Shown here in pieces: positions 40,122 to 51,286 of a stretch of DNA of 64,000 nt. The stretch is taken from NCBI GenBank assembly GCA_963827655.1, contig CAWHCF010000026.1, forward strand, positions 192,001 through 256,000, written 5' to 3'. The notes below the pieces were generated by a model. That model worked only from the letters and a program-made list of their open reading frames with translations, was not told the origin of the DNA and searched no databases. Made by a program: the position numbers and the translations under genes. Source of the stretch: an uncultured Acidobacteriota bacterium. Lineage in GTDB: Bacteria; Acidobacteriota; UBA6911. Within the stretch, counting starts at the first letter, position 1; each line of letters begins with the position of its first letter.

Positions 40122-40430
40122 GTGCCGATATACGAGTACAAATGTTCGAAATGCGGCAAAGTGTTTGAGATCATCCAGAAGATTAGCGACGAACCGTTGC
40201 GCCGCTGCAAGTTCTGTAGTGGCAAGGTTGACCGTCTGATCAGCAATAGCAGTTTTCAGCTAAAAGGCTCCGGCTGGTACCTCACCGATTACGCCCGAAA
40301 GCCAGAGAGTTCAAACGCGCCGGATTCCGAAGCCAAAGCCGGCGAAAAAGCCAAACCCAGCGAAAAGCCCGCGGAGAGCGGCCCTTCGACTCCTGCCAAG
40401 GCCGGCAAAAAGGCACCAAAGCAAGAGTAA
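40122..40430 (+). CDS. FmdB-family zinc ribbon protein
   Basis: [12 protein letters not shown]...CKFC...[13 protein letters not shown]. Confidence 0.9.
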   Translation: MPIYEYKCSKCGKVFEIIQKISDEPLRRCKFCSGKVDRLISNSSFQLKGSGWYLTDYARKPESSNAPDSEAKAGEKAKPSEKPAESGPSTPAKAGKKAPKQE

Positions 40431-40441
40431 GCTCAGTGCGG

Positions 40442-43255
40442 TCACGCGCCTTCGAGCTTGAATGCGTGGACTCGACCGGCCCTATCGCCCGCCGCGATGA
40501 TGCCATGATTCGAAAGAGCAATAGCCCGCACAGGCTGGTCGCACGAGTACGCTGCGATCACCTCGTGGTGCGCCAGATTCCAGACACGGATTGTGCCATC
40601 GCTCGAACCGCACACGGCGTGCTTCCCGTCCGGCGTGAGCGCGACCGCATTGACCGACAATCCGTGGCCTTGCAGCGTGGCGAGCACGCGCCCGCTTTCC
40701 AGATCCCATATCTTGATGGTGTGATCCGACGAACCGGACATGGCGTGCTTCCCGTCCGGCGTGAGCGCGACCGCCCTTACCGAGTCGTGAGGACCTTGGA
40801 GCGTGGCGAGTTCGCGCCCGCTATCCAGATCCCATATCTTGAGGGTACGATCCGACGAACCGGACACGGCTCGCTTTCCGTCCGGCATTAGGGCGACCAC
40901 CCGTACCGCCCAGTCGTGGTCTTGGAGCGTGGCGAGCTCGCGCCCGCTTTCCAGATCCCATATCTTGAGGGTGCGGTCCGACGAGCCGGATATGGCGTGT
41001 TTGCCGTCCGGAGTCACCGCAACCGCCGGAACCGAGTTCGTGTGGCCTTGGAGAGTTGTGAGCAGACGCCTGCTATCCAGATCCCATATCTTGAGCGTAT
41101 GATCCGCCGAACCGGACACAGCACGCTTACCATCCGGTGTGACCGCGACCGCAAGAACCGAGTCGCTGTGGCCTTGGAGAGTTGCGGGCCGGCGCCCACT
41201 ATCGAGATCCCAGATCTTGATGGTGCGATCGACGGAACCGGATACGGCTCGCCTTCCGTCCGGTGTTAAGGCGAGCGTCAGTACGGCCAACTCATGGCCC
41301 TGCAGGCTGGCGAGCTGGCGCTCGCTATCCAGATCCCATGTCTTGATGGTGCGATCCCACGAACCGGACACGGCTCGCTTGCCGTCGGGGGTGACAGCGA
41401 CCGCAAGAACCGAGTCGCTGTGGCCTTGGAGGTTGGCGATCTGGCGTCCGTTATCCAGATCCCATATCTTGATGGTGCGATCGAACGAACCGGACACGGC
41501 TCGCTTTCCGTCCGGCGTTATGGCGACCGCCCGTACCGCCGAATCGTGACCTTGGAGGTTGGCGATCTGGCGTCCGCTATCCAGATCCCATATCTTGAGG
41601 TTACGATCCGCCGAACCGGACACCACCCGCCTTCCGTCCGGCGTTATGGCAATCGCCCGTACCGCCGAATCGTGACCTTGGAGGTTGGTGAGCTGGCGCC
41701 CGCTATCCAGATCCCATATCTTGACGGTCCGATCGGACAAACCGGATACGACGAGCTTGCCGTCAAGCGTCACCGCAACCGCCAGAACCGCGTCGTCCTC
41801 TTGCAGTGTGGCAAACTGATGCCCGCTATTCAGATCCCATATCTTGAGGGTACGATCCGACGAACCGGACACGGCGCGCTTGCCGTCGGGAGTGACCGCG
41901 ACCGCCAGAACCGAGTCGCTGTGCCCACGAACCGGACACGGCGCGCTTACCATCCGGCGTGACCGCGACCGCCAGAACCGAGTCGGCGTGGCCTTGCAGC
42001 GTCCTGATCAGCGGCCCGCCTGGGGCATCCAGAGTCGGGCGCAGCGGGCGTAACCATGGGCTTGCCGAGTAGACGGCTTGCCTGCTCCAGCAGGCGGTCG
42101 ACGTCCTCCGAGATCTCCGGCGACAACCGTCCGAGCAGTTGCCCGGCTAGCTGATCCTTGTCTTTCGCAAGCACGTGCGCCGAGAGCCGCAGCGCCCCTT
42201 CGATCTGTCGTATCGACTCGTCCGGTGGCACGTGTGCCGGATGAAACTCCGACAGCAACGCACTGATGTCCGTGTGAATCAGCTTGGCCCGGAGCCAATT
42301 GAAATCGCACACCAGCTCACGGAGCTTCGGCTTGTACTGGCTCTGCGACACGTGATAGCCGAACCAGCGCCAGGCATAGGCGTCCGGCAGTTTGAACGGG
42401 TCGCCCCAGCCTTCGACCAGTCGATCGTGCAGCGGCTTACGTTCAGTGTCGGGCATTTGCGTCCGGAGATACTTTCGGATCGCGTCGTGAAGCCGGATGC
42501 TCCCGCTTGCTCGCAGTTCGAAGTTCAGCAGAAGCGAAAATTTGTAAAGCTGCTCACAAAGCCTCTCCGTGCGGAAGCGATCCAGGCTGCCAGTGCGCTG
42601 CCAAAGCCGGGTCACGGTCTCGAGGGTGATATCCACATCTTCCGGAAATAAGGCCAGCTCGAGGAAGCGACGGCGCTCGGTCTCAGGATCGAGTAACGCC
42701 AGGCTGACGCTCATGGTTTTCGCGACTGCGTCGCTGCGCGCCTCGGAGTCACGCGCATCGAACGTTGTGAATCCCTCGCGATCGAGCGCTTCTTCTACGT
42801 AGCGCAGGGCTTCCTCCATCGGCTGACTATATTCGTTTGCCCGGTCCTGCAAGACGCTATTAGCAAGCTTGAGCAGCAGGGGCCACTCGCCTAGTCGCCC
42901 TGCAAGCCCGGCGAGCTGCTGGTTGTGTCCCTCCGGCAGAGCGGTCCGTAACAACGCGACCGCCTCCGACTCGCGCATCGCATCGACTTTGACCTTCTTC
43001 GCGGGCTTCGGCAGCGCGTCCGCCATACGCGACGTGATCAACCGCGCACAGCGCTTCCCACCCTGAAGAAACGGTTCGACATGCGCGCTCTTCCAGACAT
43101 CGTCGATGACCATAAGCACATCCCGGTCTTCGAGCAACTCGGAGAGTGCGCCGGCTGCGGCCTTATCGGTCGCGAAGTCGGGCCGCTCGCCGGAAAGCGC
43201 CTGAGATCAGATCGCGAATGCTGCCGCGAAGGTTTTCGGCGTTTTCCCCTCGGTC
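40442..43255 (-). pseudogene. NB-ARC/APAF-1-like STAND protein with ~13 WD40 repeats, 5'-truncated and frameshifted
   Basis: VLMVIDDVW Walker B, LITSR, GEWPLLL, LHD, DFNWLRAKL helical domain; 42-aa GH...WD repeats; Walker A region absent; internal deletion at ~41925. Confidence 0.7.
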
Positions 43256-43484
43256 ACGGCCATTTGATGAATCCGAAGGAATTCGCTCGCAAAAATACGC
43301 AGTACGACGCCGAATCACAACTGAAATTCGCTGGCAGCGAACCGCACAGCGGTCTTCGGTCTTCGCGGTTAATGCTGCAAAATAGAATCAACCACAAGGA
43401 AACGCTAAGAGTCCGGTTTGTGTTCTTGTATACTGAGCTCCCTTTGGTTTCCCCTTCTCGTTTAATTCAGGAGAATAGATCGCA

Positions 43485-43955
43485 ATGAAAGAGATCAACG
43501 AGATCAAAGTCGGAGAGGAGGCACCCGACTTCACCCTGCCCAGCCATCTGGGCGGAAGCATTACTTTGAGTGAACTCCGCGGCAAGAACGTCGTTCTGGC
43601 CTTTTATCCGGCGGCGTTCACGCCTGTTTGAACCGTTCAAATGCCCTCGTACGAGGAGGATCTCCCCGAGTTCGAGAGGTATGACGCCCAGGTGCTGGGC
43701 ATAAGCGTCGACAACGTTCCCACCAACAAAGCGTGGGCAAATTCCATGGGCGGCATCTCGTACCACCTGCTGAGCGATTTCTGGCCGCATGGGTATGTAG
43801 CCGTCAAATACAATATTCTTCGCAGCGAAGGTTTCACCGAGCGGGCGCTGTTCGTGATCGACAAGCAAGGGATGGTCAGGTACAAAGACATTCATGCGAT
43901 CGGGGACCAGCCCAGGAACAGCGAACTCTTTGACGCGCTCAAGAAAATCGCCTAG
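43485..43955 (+). CDS. AhpE-type peroxiredoxin selenoprotein (U49, 156 aa, no Cys)
   Basis: AGGAG RBS, ATG 43485; [12 protein letters not shown](43629-43631)-TVQM in frame with 43641-43955; U at peroxidatic PxxxTxxC position; LLSDFWPHG motif. Confidence 0.9.
43645..43656 (+). promoter_or_regulatory. Putative SECIS apical hairpin
   Basis: CCTC[GTAC]GAGG; loop begins at +18 after UGA. Confidence 0.7.
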
Positions 43956-44016
43956 CGTCAACGCACCTTGGTGATTTCTGTTTTACGCCTTGCACCGCCG
44001 GGTGCGCAGGATACGT

Positions 44017-44706
44017 ATGCCCGAAATCTCGCGCTATTGCATCCCGTATACGCCCTTCACCGGCAAGCTGGAGAGCAGCCGTGTCGGAATTGTCAGCACG
44101 GCCGGAGTTCATCTGAGAAGCCAGCCCCCTTTTGTGCCGGAAGGAGATACAACCTTTCGCCTGATTCCAGCCGATGCAACTACGGATCTGACGACGGTCA
44201 CCCACGACCACTACGACCACAGCGATGCGCGCCGTGATGTGAACTGCGTGTTTCCGGTCGAGACCCTGCGCGAACTCGTGGCGGCGGGGAAGTTGGGCTC
44301 AACTACGCCCGAGCACCTCTGCATGGGATACTCACAGGCGATGCGGGAAATCAAGGAGAAGGTGGCCCACGAGATAGCCTTGATCACGCGAAAGTGGAAA
44401 TCGGATGCCATACTCCTGACCGCCGGCTGACCACTCTGTCATCGGACGGTCGTCACGCTCCAGCGCGCTATCGAAATGGAAGGGATCCCGACGGTTCTCA
44501 TAACCGTGGACCCCGAGCAGAGCTGGCAGGCGCGCCCGTCGCGCGCATTCTATCCTCGAGGCTTCAAACTGGGACATTCGCTGGGCCAGCCCGGCGCCCG
44601 TGATCTTCATCAGAGACTCGTGATCGATGCTCTCGACCTCTTGATCCACCCGGAAGAGCCTGGGACCATCGCCGAACAGGAGTATCCCGAATACTCCCCC
44701 GCTTGA
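44017..44706 (+). CDS. PrdB/GrdB-like (glycine/proline reductase selenoprotein B family) selenoprotein, U138xxC, 229 aa
   Basis: VSTAGVH, HDHYD, DVNCVFP; ILLTAG-TGA(44428-44430)-PLCHRTVVTLQRAIEMEGIPTV in frame with 44476-44706. Confidence 0.9.
44445..44454 (+). promoter_or_regulatory. Putative SECIS apical hairpin
   Basis: GAC[GGTC]GTC; loop begins at +18 after UGA. Confidence 0.65.
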
Positions 44707-44814
44707 TAAGTCTTCGTAGTTTAGTGCGGCGGAACCCAAAACCAACCTCCAAGACACGAAGACTCGAAGAAACTCCACGAACTTGGGTTAGGATTAGCCG
44801 CTGAGGCGGTTCAG

Positions 44815-45904
44815 ATGACACAGGTTCGCAACCACATACTGGTGGGAGACGTCGGCGGAACAAACACCAGGATCGCCGTTTTCGCCGACCTGGGACAGGG
44901 AAAATTCGAGGCTGTCCGGCACAAAACTTACCGGAGCAGGAAGATGGGAAGTTTTCCTGCTCTATTGAAACGGTTTCCTTCATCGCGAAGCTAGAGGGTT
45001 GGTGCCGAGACTGAGACAGGCGTGCATCGATTTCGCCGGCCCGCTAGGTTCAGATCGATCCAGGGCTTATGTCACCAATCTTGGGATCGAGTTCCGCGCC
45101 GACGAGGTATTGGATGCGACGGGAGTCGAGGAACTCACATTCCTGAACGATTTCGAAGCCGTGGGATTTGGTCTCGAGGTTCTCCTGGAAAGCCGGCCCG
45201 AAGCCTTTGTGCGCTTGTCGGCGACTGGAAGGCTTCCAGCAGGACGGGGCAAGAAGCCGACAGCGGTGGTCCTGGGCGCCGGCACAGGACTGGGAACCAC
45301 GATTCTGATCCACGATCCGGAACGCGGAAGCTACAGGCCGGTACCCGGCGAAGGAGGACACGCGGATTTCACGCCGGTCGAGGAGATTGAGTTTCAAGTC
45401 TCGCAATGGATCCGGAATCATCGGAATCGTTCCAGGCGGAACCCTCTGGACTGCGAAAAGATTGTGAGCGGACCCGGGTTAGTCAATGTCTATCACGCCT
45501 TGTCAGAGTTGGAGCCGAATACGGGCAATGCGGGCACGGCAAAGAAGATTCTCCGGGTGGACCCCCACGATCGGCCCGCCATTATTGTGAAACATGCCAG
45601 GCAGGACGCGCTGTGCCGCAAGGCCCTGGACCTCTGGCTGCGCTGCTATGCACGAGTCGCGAAGAACTGCGCCATCTTCCCGCTCGCCCCTGGGGGGATT
45701 TTCCTGGCCGGCGGAATCTCGGCCAAGATCCTGCCGGAGATTCAGTCGGGCGTCTTCTTGAGAGAGTTCACGCGCTGCGATATTCCATCCATCCGTTCAC
45801 TTCTGAAACGCACACCGCTTTTTGTTGTGACCGACTCCCGAATCGGGCTCTACGGCTGCGCCAACGTGGCTGTGAATTTCCTTGAGGAAATGAAGAAGCA
45901 GTAG
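44815..45904 (+). CDS. glk: Glucokinase (+1 frameshift ~44975)
   Basis: LVGDVGGTNTRIA in upstream frame; FAGP, LNDFEA, GAGTGLG, GEGGH, GGIFLAGGI. Confidence 0.85.
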
Positions 45905-46078
45905 GCAGTTAGCAGGATATTGGCATCTTCTGAGAAAATATCTCGATCTCCGTCCTTACCGTAGCCGGGCCGGGATTCGGAGTCCCAAGCCAACATGGCG
46001 GCCAGGACCGGTAAACCGGCGGGCGATGCTCTGCTTACTGCCTGCTGTTTTTCCCGCCTACCCTTACCGACTACTGCT
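45897..46078. repeat. Inverted heptamer arrays (GCAGTAR)n / (CTGCYTA)n
   Basis: 45897-45915 and 46031-46078. Confidence 0.65.
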
Positions 46079-46272
46079 TCTTCCGGCCCGTCAGTTGCTT
46101 GCCCAATATCCTGTCCGCCGGGACACTCTTGCGGGTCTCGGAGACTGCCGAATTTTGTCGATCAGGACAAAACGAAGATTCGGCGTTCATGATTCTGGCA
46201 TTCTTAATGGAATCAGCATGCGTTCAGAGTAAGTTTTGGGGCTGATCAATAACCAATGAACCTACGAGAGGT

Positions 46273-47604
46273 GTGATGCGCATCCATTCTTCTGGATTGA
46301 AATACAAGATTTTGGTCATTTTTCTTCTGCTGGCATCCTTCACCGGAATTCTGCTGGCCAATTTCTCCCAGCCTGAACTCGGTGTCACCGGTGGCTTCGG
46401 GCAGCTGACCTGCAATCAACAATTATGTCATTCCGGCAACGCCTTGAACGCGCCCGGCGGGAGTCTCACGATCAACGGCGTGCCGGCTGAATATCAGCCC
46501 GGACAGACCTACCCGATCACGGTCACACTTGCCAGAACGCGGCCAGTCGCGGTGGGGTTTCGAACTTGCCGTTCGGGCCGTGAGTGATGGGCAGCAAGCA
46601 GGGAACATAACCGTTACGGACTCGCTGCAGACCGAGCGGCGCGCCCAGTTCGGGATTCAATACATTCACCACACGCTTTCCGGCACATCCCCGAATACGC
46701 CTGGGCCAAAATCATGGACGTTCAATTGGACGGCGCCCGCCACAGCAGTTGGGGTTATCCGTTTCAATGCCGCCGGCAACGCGGCGAATAACAACAACAC
46801 GAACCTGGGTGACTTCATTTACACCGCCCAGGCAGATTCCAATCCTCCTTCCACGACTCCTCCTCCGAATCCTCCGCCTTCGGGTCCCATCACGGCGCTG
46901 TTCTCGCATATGGCCGTCGGGGGCGGCTACATCACCAGCTTCACGCTCATGAACACCGGGGCGGATGCGGTCAGCGGCAATCTCGTCTTGCGCGACCAGC
47001 AGGGGAATCCGTTCGACGTCAACCTGGCGGAGATCGGGGCCGCCGGCTCGGTGGGAAATAGCTTTCCCGTGACAATCGAGCCGGGCGGGGCCCGATCCTT
47101 TGTTGCCACTGCCGCCGGATGGCGGCGCTTCCCTGAGGAGCGGTTGGGCCCGAGTGGAGAGCTCCGGTGGAAACCTCGGCGGAGTTGGAACCTTTCAACT
47201 GGGCCAGGGAGCCACGCTTCAGACCGTGGCGGGAGTCCTGGCTGCGGCAGTCGGTCGAAGCTGTAACCATCCCGGTTGATAATAGCAGCAGCCAGAACCG
47301 TTTCACCGGGTTCGCCATCGCGAACCAGAACAGCGAGGATGTCAGCATCCGGCTGGTCACGCTCGACGAGAATGGCGCCGTGATGGAAAACGTCACGCCG
47401 GCGGAGCTGAACCCGCTGGGCCCGCAAAAGCAGATCGCGGTGTTCCTGCACCAGATTCTCCCCGCGCGTGCGACGTTCAGAGGGTCGATTGCGCTGGTGG
47501 TCCAGGGAGGCAAAAGGGCGTCATTCGTGGCGCTGGTTCAGAATCAAAGCCTGCTCACCGCCGTTCCGGTGATCCGGGAGAAGGCGCCCCAGGTCCCCAA
47601 CTGA
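46273..47604 (+). CDS. Secreted reeler-like (choice-of-anchor V-like) domain + beta-rich domain protein, three +1 frameshifts
   Basis: Signal; TCNQQLCH, YQPGQTYPITV, WGFEL, WTFNWTAP, AGNAAN; pieces 46273-46540, 46529-47115, ~47118-47250, 47250-47604. Confidence 0.65.
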
Positions 47605-47612
47605 CGTTTGAT

Positions 47613-47670
47613 TTCTTGGTGTTTCTTCGTGTCCTTGGGTCTTCGTGGTATTTAGTTAGACGGCTCTAAC
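47613..47670. repeat. 9-bp-period repeat + GTTAGACGGCTCTAAC motif
   Basis: Matches 57180-57237. Confidence 0.75.
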
Positions 47671-50600
47671 CGGTTCGCCGGCGCCGCTGGGAGCGCGTCC
47701 GTCGTTTTTGGGCCGGCTTCGCTTTCGGCGCGCTGCCTGATGCTGCCCGCCTGGTGCGGGATGATTTCAGGATCATGGTGGCGGCGTCGAAGAAGCGGAA
47801 ATACGGGTTGCCGTAGTGCTGGTAGGCGCCCCAGGTGCGCCCGCCGGCACGGGTGGCGATCTCGACACGGGCTTCTCGCATCGCGACGTGCATCGGCTCG
47901 GGCTCGCCGACTTTGATCAAGCCGAGCAGCCCGGAATAGAGCCGGCGCGCGAAGCGGCGCGCCGCCTGGTCGTCGACCGGCCATGCGGTGCAGATGAAGT
48001 TCGCCACCCCGCGCTGGAAAAACGCCTCGGCAAAGCTGGGCGCGAGCGCTGCGTTACGCAGTTCGGAACGATCCGGCGTGATGCCTGATTCGCACGCGTT
48101 GGAGAAGATGAATTTCGGAATGCGATCGACGCGGTTCAGCTCGTTTGCGGTCAGCCGCTCGCGGCGCGAGAAGATCCAGCCCGAGTTGGACGGCTCCTCG
48201 GTATCGAAGACGCAATGTCCCGCAAAATGCAGCACGTCATAGGTCGTGAACATCAGGTGCCGAAGCACGTTGGTTCGCGTAGCTTCGTACGGGCCGAACA
48301 GCCGTACCACTTCGACCTGGTTGTAACTCAGATCCCGGTAAACGCCGTTGAAGCTCTCGAACAGTGCCGCCACTTCCTCTCCCTCGGCTTGCGCGCCCGG
48401 GAGCGGCGCATCATCGGCCGGATCGGCGACGATGAGAACGTTGAGCTTGCGCCGGGGCGGCGGCGGGGGCTCCGGCGGCGGCGAAAAGGTCGTGCGCAAT
48501 TGTCGGGTGAGGCCACGGCTGGTGCCAAGGAACGCGTTCGAATCAAATGGCGGCTCGTCATCTTCCGGTGACACCGGTGAACCGGTCAACGGATCGCTTT
48601 GGGCCATCATTTCCCAATGGACGCGCGCCGTTGTGGCATCGAGCATCAGGATCAGCGGCGCACTGGTGTAAATCGCAGGACGGATATCGGCCGGCATCAG
48701 CAGTGCCTCGAGCATTCTCCCGCTGTCGAACTGCTCCTTGAACCCGGTCGCGGCAGCGAGCTCGTCGTTTGCCTGCATGACCAGCGTGGGGTCGAGCGGA
48801 ATGTTGCGCTGCGGAACCGCCGCCGACTGCGTGAGCGCCGCGAACTGGTACATTTTGCGTTCGACCGCGACGGTCACCCGCACCGGAATCAATTCGTCGA
48901 CGGTCCGCGCCTTCGCAGCGGCTCTTTCAGCTCGCGCTCCATTCTCTTGCGGCGCTGCTCAAACGCCTCCTGGCGCGCGGCCTTCAATTGCTCCTTGCTT
49001 AGCGGTTGATACTCGATCGTCAGACGCTCCCGCTGGCGCTCTTTCTCGGCTTTGAGCGCTTCATCGATCTCTTCAATCTTTGCCGGATCGTATTCGAGAA
49101 AGGTCACATGCGTGAGATGCCGCGCCCGGTCTTCGATGGAGCCGGATACCGCGCGCCCGATACCGCGCATCCAGCCGTTGACCGCATCGGCAATCGAGAG
49201 ATTGCCGGCGCCGGCGCCGATCAAGACCGTGACCAGGTGCCGCTTGCCCATGCGGCCAAGAGCCCAGCACAGCTCCTGCACAAGCACGGTCAGTTCCGGC
49301 GCGCCGAAGCGGCCGGGAATGCCCATGCCGGCAAGCGCGATGATTCGTCGGGGATCGCGGGGGTCCTGGAGGAAAAACGGCTGGCCCAGCTCGCCGCGAA
49401 TGGTTCCCCGCAGGGAAAACTGCGTGAGTAGCAAATCGGGTTCCTGGGCTTCGCGGGAGTTCTCCTCTGGAGAGACGGCCTTGCCGGGCAATTTCTTGCT
49501 GATCGCCAAGTCAAGGGCTCTCTCGGCGGCCTGCGGTTTCACGCCGATGTAATGACCGACCGAAATCGCGTCCACGCGCGGCCCTCCGATGCCGAGCTCG
49601 TCGATGTTCTCGATTGAACCATTGCACCAGGCCAATCTCGATGCGTTCGAGGGCTGGTCGTTCGGGGTCCGCCTCGGCTTCGCGCGGGACTTCGATTGCC
49701 GGAGCCTTCCCGGCGGTGACAGTTTTTGCCTCAGCGATCGGCTTCAAAGAAGCTTTTTTACTTCCAGTGGCAGCGCGCAAGAAGCCCTCCAGTATGATCT
49801 CTTCGGCCTCACGTTCGTCGGCGCTGACAAAGCGGCTTACGCCGGCTTCGACGCCTCGCGCCTGGGGACGGAGGCGCTCCGTGAGAGCCTTCAATCGCAG
49901 TTCCTCGGCGGTTTGCTGCGCCTGCTCCAGGCGGGCGCCGGCTTCGACCAGTTTCTTATCATCCAGCGACCGGCGAGCGGGCACTTGCTGATCGAGATGA
50001 CAATGGCCGGTCTCCATCAGCTCGTCCGAAGCGCGGATCACATCTTCATCGGCCGGCAGGTTGCCGTGCTCGGCTTCCACGAAAAATGTCGGGATCCGCT
50101 TGCCGTTCTGCTTCAGAAAACCCAGCTCGTGCGGCACAGTCCCGTCGCCGAAGAAACTCTTGTCGTACGCGTCGCGCGAGTTCAGGCGCGCCAGATCCTT
50201 GATGTCGACGTCGGTGAGTTGATTGCAGCCGGCGACGTAGATCATCCGCTCGCCGTCCACTTCGGAGCTGATCCACTCGTGATGCTTGCGCGCGAGATCG
50301 AGCCGGTTCTGCGGTACATTCTGGCTGCCGTAAGTGGATGATTTGTAGAGATCGGCCATCTTCGGCATGACCAGCGGCGATGGCAGCATCTGGTAAGAGC
50401 CGGTAAAGGAATTCAGGATTTCGAGAACTTCCTGGAGGCTGTGCTTCAAATCGGCCGTGGCAAGGCGGCTCACGCTCGAGTTCAATCCGGTGATCACCTG
50501 GGGGATGGCGAACGAGCCGTGATTCGGGGTGCCGAGCATGACCAATCGCCCCCCGGCGGCGCCTTTGCCTTTGCGATCCCACATCGTCTTCCAGCGGGCA

Positions 50601-51169
50601 GGGAACATTTTGGTAAAGGTCCGCGAAACCAGGCCCCCCATTGAGTGTGCAACCAGATGTACCGGGGCGTCGTCGCCGAACCAGCTTTTGATGGCACCGT
50701 TCAGCGCTGTCGAGGAATCGCGCAGGTCCTTGCGCCAGTCGTACCAGAAGGCGCGGACATTCCAGTCCTGGGCCAGCGCGAGAAGCATTTCGCCATAGTA
50801 CTTTTTTAGAACGCCGGTCGCCTGAACGTCGAACAGCGACGGTCCCTCCGGACTGCAGCGCAGCCAGCCGATTGCGCCGATCATTAACCGGGGGATGCTC
50901 ATCCAGATGTGCTGGGAGCTACCGGGCTTCGTGACGGTAAGTTCGCTGCCCATGATCCCGTGCAGGACCACCACGTTGCCCTTGACTCGTCTGTCGGTCC
51001 CGCGCGTCGTGCGCGCTTTGACCGCCCGGTTGCGCATGCGCTCATAGCGCACATCGCCGAAGTGCACGCGCAATGCCCGCTCTTCGTCCGCGGTGGGCCG
51101 CTGCAGAATCTTGATCAGCTCCTCTGCGTCCGCCGCTTCAACGCGGGCGATAAATGCTCTTTCGTCCAC
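47666..51169 (-). CDS. Alpha/beta-hydrolase (lipase-like) - middle domain - CHAT (caspase-like) protease fusion, two frameshifts
   Basis: LHGIMGS, YDWR, AHSMGG, GTPNHGS, GDGTV (hydrolase); VLHFAGH and FSNACESG dyad, WGAYQHYGNP (CHAT); ORFs 49511-51169, 48889-49635, 47666-48892 overlap. Confidence 0.7.
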
Positions 51170-51189
51170 CGTTAAGATCCTTTCGGAAA

Positions 51190-51286
51190 AATTGGTGACA
51201 GGCTACCCTTTTCCCAATTCCGAAGGGAAGAGTCACAGCCAGAACCGCTCGCAAGAACCGGGAAAAGCGTAGCCTGTCATCAATTT
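51190..51286. repeat. Inverted GGTGACAGGCTAC REP-like pair
   Basis: 51190-51221 and 51260-51286; third copy 52004-52034 on the other side of the MlaD gene. Confidence 0.75.

Noticed and set aside
40700-41990. Regularly spaced DNA repeats resembling a CRISPR array
   Set aside because: 126-bp in-frame coding WD40 units without unique spacers; no cas genes
43990-44706. Calling the Prx, PrdB-like and OsmC genes nonsense pseudogenes
   Set aside because: All three stops are TGA, fall on catalytic Cys positions and share a downstream hairpin
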